A DNA stretch of 64,000 nt from a virus. Below, piece after piece: positions 58,150-64,000 of the stretch (position 1 is its first letter; every line of letters starts with the position of its first letter). The stretch lies in the IMG/VR virus record IMGVR_UViG_3300021335_000004; one strand, given 5' to 3'. The translations under genes were made by a program, and so were the position numbers. A model generated the notes under the pieces. The model was not told where the DNA came from. It saw only the letters and a list, made by a program, of their open reading frames with translations, and ran no database searches.

Positions 58150-60405
58150 ATGATAATGAGTAAAAGAATTGCATTTGTTTATCCGGCAAAGATAAACAAT
58201 CCAGAAAAAACACTAGCTAAATTTATGGATAAACATATCAGCGATGAAGTTGACTATGTATTTCTTTGTTCTCAAGAAAAAGAAAAAATCCTAAAAAAAG
58301 ACATAGATTGTGATATTGAAAAATTAAAACAAGACTATGAGATAGTAGTACCTATTGGCGCAGAAGCTCTAAAATATGTCTGTGGCCTTACAGGTATTAC
58401 AAAATACAATGGGGTGTTTATTGAAAAAAAATTCTTACCACTGATTAACCCTTCTATGATTGTATTTAAGCCACAATATGAAGAAGACATTATTAAAGCT
58501 TTTAATATGCTAAATAAAATTTTACTTGGCGAAGTAGACAATACTTCTCATAAAAAAGACTATAGATTTATTGATACTCGTTCAGAATTTGAAGAATATC
58601 TTAAAGCATTACAACAAGCAGATCCTATCGTTGTAGATATTGAAACTTCTGGTCTCAATCCAAGAAGTTCTAATATTCTTGGTATTGCTCTAAGTACTAA
58701 ACCACACGAAGGCATATACGCCTCTGCAGAAGTATGTCATGCCTATAAAGAACAACTACATGATTTGTTTAAAACTAGAAGATGTATTTTTCATAATGGC
58801 AAGTTTGATATGGGATTTTTAATTTATGAATTTGGGTTTGAATTTCCTAAATTTGATGACACAATGCTCATGCACTATTGTCTAGAAGAAGCTGTAGGTA
58901 CTCACGGCCTCAAACCTTTAGCATTAAGATTTACAGATCTTGGGGATTACGAAAAAGAATTAGACGACTATAAAAAAGTATTTTGTCGCAAAAATAAAAT
59001 CAAATTAGATCAATTTAATTATGGTATGATTCCTATTGATATTCTAGCCCCTTATGCGGAAAAAGATGCAGACGCTACTTTTCAGTTATATAACAAATTT
59101 TGGCCTTTAATCGACCGTAGTGAAGGTTTTTCAAGTTTATATAGAGATATTATGTTACCCGCGACATCTGCTCTTATGCGTCTTGAAAAAAACGGAGGTT
59201 ATATTGACACTTCTATGTTAGAAAAAGTAAAAGAAGGATATGAAATTGATATTGAAGAGTGTATCGAAGAAATATCAATGCATGAAGCAGTACAAAGATA
59301 TGAAAAATTAAATGAAAAGACTTTTAACCCAAATAGCACTATGCAGTTAAGAGAAGTATTTTTCAAAATACTTAGACTAAAATCTACTAAAAAGACATCG
59401 ACAGGGGCAGAATCTACAGATAAAGAAGTACTACAAGAATTAAACCACCCACTAGCAGAAGCAATTCTTGACTTACGTGAAAAAACTAAATTGACAAATA
59501 CTTATTTATCTAATATTCAAAACGGCACTGATCAAGATAGTCGTCTGCGTTCTGGGTTTAATATTCACGGAACTACATCTGGGCGCTTATCGTCAAGCGG
59601 CAATCTTAATTATCAAAATATTCCTCGTGATAATAAAGATATTAAAAAAATGTTTAAAGCTAGACCAGGTTTTAGAATAATGCAATGTGATTTACAAACA
59701 GCTGAAGTTTATTATGCAGCAGCATTGAGTGGTGATAAGTTTTTACAAAAAGCTTTTATTGAAAAGTTAGATTTCCATTCTTATATCGCTAAACAAATAT
59801 TTAATCTTCCTTGTGAAGTTGCGCAAGTAAAAAACACTTTTGCGGATAAACGTCAACACGCTAAAGCTATTACTTTTGGTATTATGTATCAAGCAGGCCC
59901 TGCTAAAGTTGCTGAAACAGCTGGGGTTGGGTTTCAAGAAGCAAAATCTTTCATTAACAAATATTTTAATGAAGCTTATAACCTTAAACGCTGGATTGAT
60001 TCTGCAAACAGACAAATTGAGAATAATGCTTATATCTATTCTTACTTTGGTCGTAAACGTAGATTACCCGAATCTCGTTCTCCAAACCAAGGTGTTGCTA
60101 AACATGCAGTACGTTCTGGGGTAAACTTTCTAGTTCAGTCTGTCGCATCAGATATTAATGTATTAGGATTAATTGATGCTATGAAATGGATTGATAACAA
60201 TAACTATCAAGACGATATTCTTCCGTTTACAGTAGTTCACGATTCAATTGTTGCCGAGGTTAGAGAAGATCTTTGCCATGATTGGGCTGTAAATTGTGTT
60301 AAAGCTTTACAAACTCCTAGAGGAGTAGAAATTGATGGGTGTCCTATTGGAGTAGATTTTGAAATCGGGGACAGTTGGGGAGAATTAGAAGGATTCACAG
60401 TATGA
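58150..60405 (+). CDS. Family A DNA polymerase with 3'-5' exonuclease and N-terminal UDG-like domain
   Basis: DIETSGL, HNGKFD, YA..DA, TSGRLSS...QNIP, motif A DLQTAE, motif B RQHAKAITFGIMY, motif C VHDS. Confidence 0.95.
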   Translation: MIMSKRIAFVYPAKINNPEKTLAKFMDKHISDEVDYVFLCSQEKEKILKKDIDCDIEKLKQDYEIVVPIGAEALKYVCGLTGITKYNGVFIEKKFLPLINPSMIVFKPQYEEDIIKAFNMLNKILLGEVDNTSHKKDYRFIDTRSEFEEYLKALQQADPIVVDIETSGLNPRSSNILGIALSTKPHEGIYASAEVCHAYKEQLHDLFKTRRCIFHNGKFDMGFLIYEFGFEFPKFDDTMLMHYCLEEAVGTHGLKPLALRFTDLGDYEKELDDYKKVFCRKNKIKLDQFNYGMIPIDILAPYAEKDADATFQLYNKFWPLIDRSEGFSSLYRDIMLPATSALMRLEKNGGYIDTSMLEKVKEGYEIDIEECIEEISMHEAVQRYEKLNEKTFNPNSTMQLREVFFKILRLKSTKKTSTGAESTDKEVLQELNHPLAEAILDLREKTKLTNTYLSNIQNGTDQDSRLRSGFNIHGTTSGRLSSSGNLNYQNIPRDNKDIKKMFKARPGFRIMQCDLQTAEVYYAAALSGDKFLQKAFIEKLDFHSYIAKQIFNLPCEVAQVKNTFADKRQHAKAITFGIMYQAGPAKVAETAGVGFQEAKSFINKYFNEAYNLKRWIDSANRQIENNAYIYSYFGRKRRLPESRSPNQGVAKHAVRSGVNFLVQSVASDINVLGLIDAMKWIDNNNYQDDILPFTVVHDSIVAEVREDLCHDWAVNCVKALQTPRGVEIDGCPIGVDFEIGDSWGELEGFTV

Positions 60406-60923
60406 TTAGTAAAATGATAGATACAATAAAATATCCAGCGTTTGCTTTAAAAGACGTACCTTATAAAGTATACTATAATGATACTAGTATAGTAATTACA
60501 AAACAACCCGGTGGTAAAGAGTATATGTTTGATATTATGGTTGATAATGTAAATTCTTATGTCGAAAGACTATTTTATATGGAAGAAGAAGTTGAAAACA
60601 GAATACAATTTGACTATACTATTCTAAATAGGGAACAATTAGTGTTTAGCTATGAAAATATAGAATGGTGTGTAGATTCAGATGGGAAAATTTTTAATCT
60701 TGGACACAAACAAAACCTACCAGTAGAGTGTAGAAAAGTTAAAACAGTAAAAGAAGATAAAATATGGTTAGAGAAAGTTCTACACTCATTTGAATTAAAA
60801 GTTCCTTTAGAAGAAAGTAATATTGATGAACTATGGGCTACTATAGTAATGATTAATAATGAATGGTTTATAAAAAACTTTTCATATGAATATAAAAAGT
60901 ATAGTAATTATTTAATTATATGA
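60402..60923 (+). CDS. Hypothetical protein (T5-like, between pol and D10)
   Basis: ATGA coupling with pol; synteny. Confidence 0.6.
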   Translation: MISKMIDTIKYPAFALKDVPYKVYYNDTSIVITKQPGGKEYMFDIMVDNVNSYVERLFYMEEEVENRIQFDYTILNREQLVFSYENIEWCVDSDGKIFNLGHKQNLPVECRKVKTVKEDKIWLEKVLHSFELKVPLEESNIDELWATIVMINNEWFIKNFSYEYKKYSNYLII

Positions 60924-62218
60924 TAGATAAAATAAAAATAAAATATGCGGAACTGTCAGATAAAATATATATTAACGGTACTCATATCAAAGACATAGAA
61001 AAGTTTGAAAGAGCATATAGTTACATACTAGATGATGTAACTTTTTATACCTATGAATATGATGAAGAAGAGGATATATATTCTGTTCCCTCAAACTCTT
61101 ATTATAAATTAGATATTGAAGATTATATTGATAATAGAAACTTTTTTCTTAACGAGAAAGATAAGCATTTTACTTTTGCAGGAGATCTTCGTCAGGAGCA
61201 ACAAGACGTAGTTGATTCATTCTTTAAAATAGGCAGAGTACGTAGTGGGCTATTTCAAGCACCTTGTGGGTGGGGAAAAACCTATGCTGCTTGTTCATTA
61301 ATATCGCAAGCAGATATGCCTACATTAATTATTGTTCATACTAAGTTGCTTTTTAAACAATGGCAACAAGAGTTAGAAAAATTAATTCCAAATTCTGTTA
61401 TAGGATCTATAGGAGATGGGGAATTTAAAGTAACTAATCTTACAGTCGGTATATATAAAAGTGTTCATAATAATATGGAACAAATTAAAAATAAGTTTAG
61501 TTTAATATTTGTAGACGAAGCGCACCTGTGTCCTGCTGATTTATTTTCTACTACAGTTAACAATATCAATTGTAAAATTAAGATAGCTGTTACTGCTACA
61601 CCCCGTAGAAAAGATGGTAAGCATATAGTATTAAATGATTTTTTTACTCCGTTTCGTGTTGTAGCTAGAGATGAAAAAGAACATGAAACACCTAGAATAC
61701 AGGTTATCAGTACAGACGTTTCTTTTAATGTTATTGAACCTAAAAGAGACTGGTCTAGACAAATGAATAAAGTAACCCAGAGTAAAGTGCTTCTTTCTCT
61801 TATAGCTAAAGAAGCAACTCAAGACATAGCTAATGGTAGATGTTTATTAATCTTATCAGAACGAGTAGATATGCTAAAAACTCTTCAAAAAATGATAAAT
61901 AAAAGTGTACTACTTATTGGAGAAACAGGAGAAGAAGATAGAAAAGATATATTAAAAACAGCAGGTTCTAAATATAAAGCTATTCTATCTACAAAAATAT
62001 TCGATGAAGGCATCTCTTGTCATAGATTAGATACTTTGTACTTAACTTGCCCTAATAATAATCCAATAAAATTAGAACAAAGAATAGGTAGAATTATTAG
62101 AGAACATCCAGATAAAAAAGTTCCTCTAATAAAAGATTTCTGGTTTAAAGGAGCCATTGTTAATAATCAACAAAGAAAGCGGCTAGCATGGTATCAAAGT
62201 AGGAACTATATATTATGA
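60920..62218 (+). CDS. SF2 helicase (T5 D10/UvsW-like)
   Basis: APCGWGKT, DEAH, TATP.RKDG, QRIGRI.R. Confidence 0.9.
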   Translation: MIDKIKIKYAELSDKIYINGTHIKDIEKFERAYSYILDDVTFYTYEYDEEEDIYSVPSNSYYKLDIEDYIDNRNFFLNEKDKHFTFAGDLRQEQQDVVDSFFKIGRVRSGLFQAPCGWGKTYAACSLISQADMPTLIIVHTKLLFKQWQQELEKLIPNSVIGSIGDGEFKVTNLTVGIYKSVHNNMEQIKNKFSLIFVDEAHLCPADLFSTTVNNINCKIKIAVTATPRRKDGKHIVLNDFFTPFRVVARDEKEHETPRIQVISTDVSFNVIEPKRDWSRQMNKVTQSKVLLSLIAKEATQDIANGRCLLILSERVDMLKTLQKMINKSVLLIGETGEEDRKDILKTAGSKYKAILSTKIFDEGISCHRLDTLYLTCPNNNPIKLEQRIGRIIREHPDKKVPLIKDFWFKGAIVNNQQRKRLAWYQSRNYIL

Positions 62219-62661
62219 AGTATAAGTATAGCTGGTTTGACTTGAGAGTTAAATCCAACTACGAACCAGAAGCTATATTAATCTTGACATATGCCCTAAC
62301 AAAAAGCTATAATTCTATTATAGCCTGGAATTCAAAACACCTAATGAATTCTTTAAAAATTAATAGCATACCTAGTATACTATTTAAAAAAAATTTATTA
62401 ATCAATTCTAAAAAAGGCATCATAGGAAATTATACAATTAAATTTCCCGATGCTTACTTTAAGAATAAGAAATTTTTATTCTTAAATATTCCCTTAGAAT
62501 ATAAGATTAATTACATATATTTATTAGGCCATAGAAAAATGTCTAATAATAATGATTATCTAAATTTAAATACTTTTAGAAACGAAATTGTAGCAAATTT
62601 AGATAATCCACTGTTAAAACACGGAAAAAACAACCTAAAATTCATATACGAAGGAGAATGA
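62215..62661 (+). CDS. Hypothetical protein
   Basis: Coupled ORF between D10-like and D11-like genes. Confidence 0.55.
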   Translation: MKYKYSWFDLRVKSNYEPEAILILTYALTKSYNSIIAWNSKHLMNSLKINSIPSILFKKNLLINSKKGIIGNYTIKFPDAYFKNKKFLFLNIPLEYKINYIYLLGHRKMSNNNDYLNLNTFRNEIVANLDNPLLKHGKNNLKFIYEGE

Positions 62662-62664
62662 TAA

Positions 62665-63318
62665 ATGGTATCATGGGACAAAACACAAGGAATCAAATCA
62701 CAAGGCTCTGGGGAGAGAAAAGAAATTCAAAGAATTACTCTTCAAAACGGAGATAATAAAATTAGACTAGTTGGTGAAGTAATGCCTCGCTATGTTTATT
62801 GGCTTACTACTAAAGACGGAAAACGTATGCCTGTTGAATGTTTAAAATTTGATAGAAACAACGAACAATTTTCAGGGACAGAAGATCCTTTTGACGAAAT
62901 ATCTCAAGATATTTATGCTGATAAACCGCAATTTGCTTATGTATGTAACGTAATTGATCGTAACGACAATCAAGTAAAACTTTTTGATTTAAAAGCAACT
63001 ATTTATCGTCAGATTGTTGATTTTGCAAAAGATTCAGAATATGGAAACCCTGCTGACGACACTAGCGGTTACGACATCACTATTGTGAAGGAGAAAACCG
63101 GACCTCTTCCTCAAAACGTAAAATATACTGTTAGACCAGCTCGCGCCTCTACAGCATTAACTGATTCTGAGAAAGAAGCAGAACTTTTTGAATTAGATAG
63201 AATTTATAAAAGACCAGACTATACAGAACAAAAACGTTGGCTACTAGAAAATACTACTCTATTTGCGGGTGATGATGATAATTCTTTCTCACCAGAAAGC
63301 GTTGAGGATCTAGACTAA
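62665..63318 (+). CDS. T5 D11-like ssDNA-binding protein
   Basis: IRLVG.V.PRYVYW, GYDI...KEKTGPLPQNVKY, acidic tail; synteny. Confidence 0.7.
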   Translation: MVSWDKTQGIKSQGSGERKEIQRITLQNGDNKIRLVGEVMPRYVYWLTTKDGKRMPVECLKFDRNNEQFSGTEDPFDEISQDIYADKPQFAYVCNVIDRNDNQVKLFDLKATIYRQIVDFAKDSEYGNPADDTSGYDITIVKEKTGPLPQNVKYTVRPARASTALTDSEKEAELFELDRIYKRPDYTEQKRWLLENTTLFAGDDDNSFSPESVEDLD

Positions 63319-64000
63319 TGGCAAAAAAATATAAGCTCTCTGATATTTTAGAAGAGAATACAAAATCAAATAGTAAACAAACTCCAAAGAAAAATGACGG
63401 AGATTCGATGTCTTTACCTGCCGCAATTAAACACGTAGAAGGGAATCAAGTAACTATAGATACATCTCTGCTTAGGCAGCATAATATATTTTTCGCTACT
63501 CCTTGTTACGGAGGGCTTATAACTGACCAATTTTTCTTAAGCATGTTTAAAACGACACAAACATTAATACAACACGGTATTAATTTTAGACTTACTACTT
63601 TAAGAAATGAGAGTTTAATTTCTAGAGCAAGAAACATTCTTACAGCTATGTTTTTAGAGAGTAATTGTACTCATTTAATGTTTATTGATGCTGATATTGA
63701 ATGGGAACAAGATGCTATCATTAGAATGTTAGCGATGGATAAAGATCTTATTGCAGGAGCATATCCTAAAAAAACTTTACCAATTGATTATGCTATTAAT
63801 CTAAAATTTGTTGATGAAGCACGTAAACAAGTAAGAGTAGAAAACGGCGCAGTTGAAGTACTAGATGCATCAACAGGGTTTTTCTTGGTTAAAAGAACAG
63901 TTATTGAACAGATGATTGAATCTTACCCAGAATTATTCTATGTAAATGATAGTTCAATTGATCCTAAATATAATAAATATTGTTACTCTTTCTTTGATAC
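63318..64000 (+). CDS. GT-A fold glycosyltransferase-like phage protein; runs off the right edge
   Basis: TAATG start; FATPCYGG, NESLISRARN, FIDADI, GAYPKK, STGFFLVKR. Confidence 0.75.
   Translation, partial: MAKKYKLSDILEENTKSNSKQTPKKNDGDSMSLPAAIKHVEGNQVTIDTSLLRQHNIFFATPCYGGLITDQFFLSMFKTTQTLIQHGINFRLTTLRNESLISRARNILTAMFLESNCTHLMFIDADIEWEQDAIIRMLAMDKDLIAGAYPKKTLPIDYAINLKFVDEARKQVRVENGAVEVLDASTGFFLVKRTVIEQMIESYPELFYVNDSSIDPKYNKYCYSFFD

Noticed and set aside
48164-62998. Numerous 60-125 aa alternate-frame or antisense ORFs inside the replication genes
   Set aside because: Fully nested in well-supported genes, with no RBS or motif support

Overview
This window is a 64-kb segment of a large, AT-rich dsDNA phage. 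Its right half has a T5-like replication gene order: D3-like, NAD ligase, D5-like, DnaB/D6 helicase, primase, PolA, D10 helicase, D11-like. The host is probably a marine alphaproteobacterium, inferred from a permuted two-piece tmRNA with a GGCAGTA T-loop and ANDN...LAA tag, plus zf-CHCC and IscA genes. Layout: (1) 1-7698 (-): tail fibre/adhesin genes, SleB hydrolase, tRNA-Gly and tRNA-Arg. (2) 7699-18269 (+): a tightly coupled 14-gene inverted cassette with four radical SAM enzymes, three Fe/2OG or JmjC oxygenases, GNAT, CmoA-like and TYW3-like genes, and a virion-like protein ending in CHSS-CHSN-CHGS-RGRR. This is the best candidate for an undescribed phage post-translational modification system. 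(3) 18264-32748 (-): ThyX, lysis genes, adhesins, IscA, exonuclease, Fpg/Nei. (4) 32946-35662 (+): bS21, a permuted tmRNA whose intervening segment holds a protein gene, and a Rieske-less oxygenase that ends in a covarying copy of the tmRNA tag end and pseudoknot. (5) 35795-47288 (+): heptose/glycosyltransferase/methyltransferase cluster. (6) 47488-64000 (+): replication and repair. All calls come from reading motifs by eye; no database searches were run.
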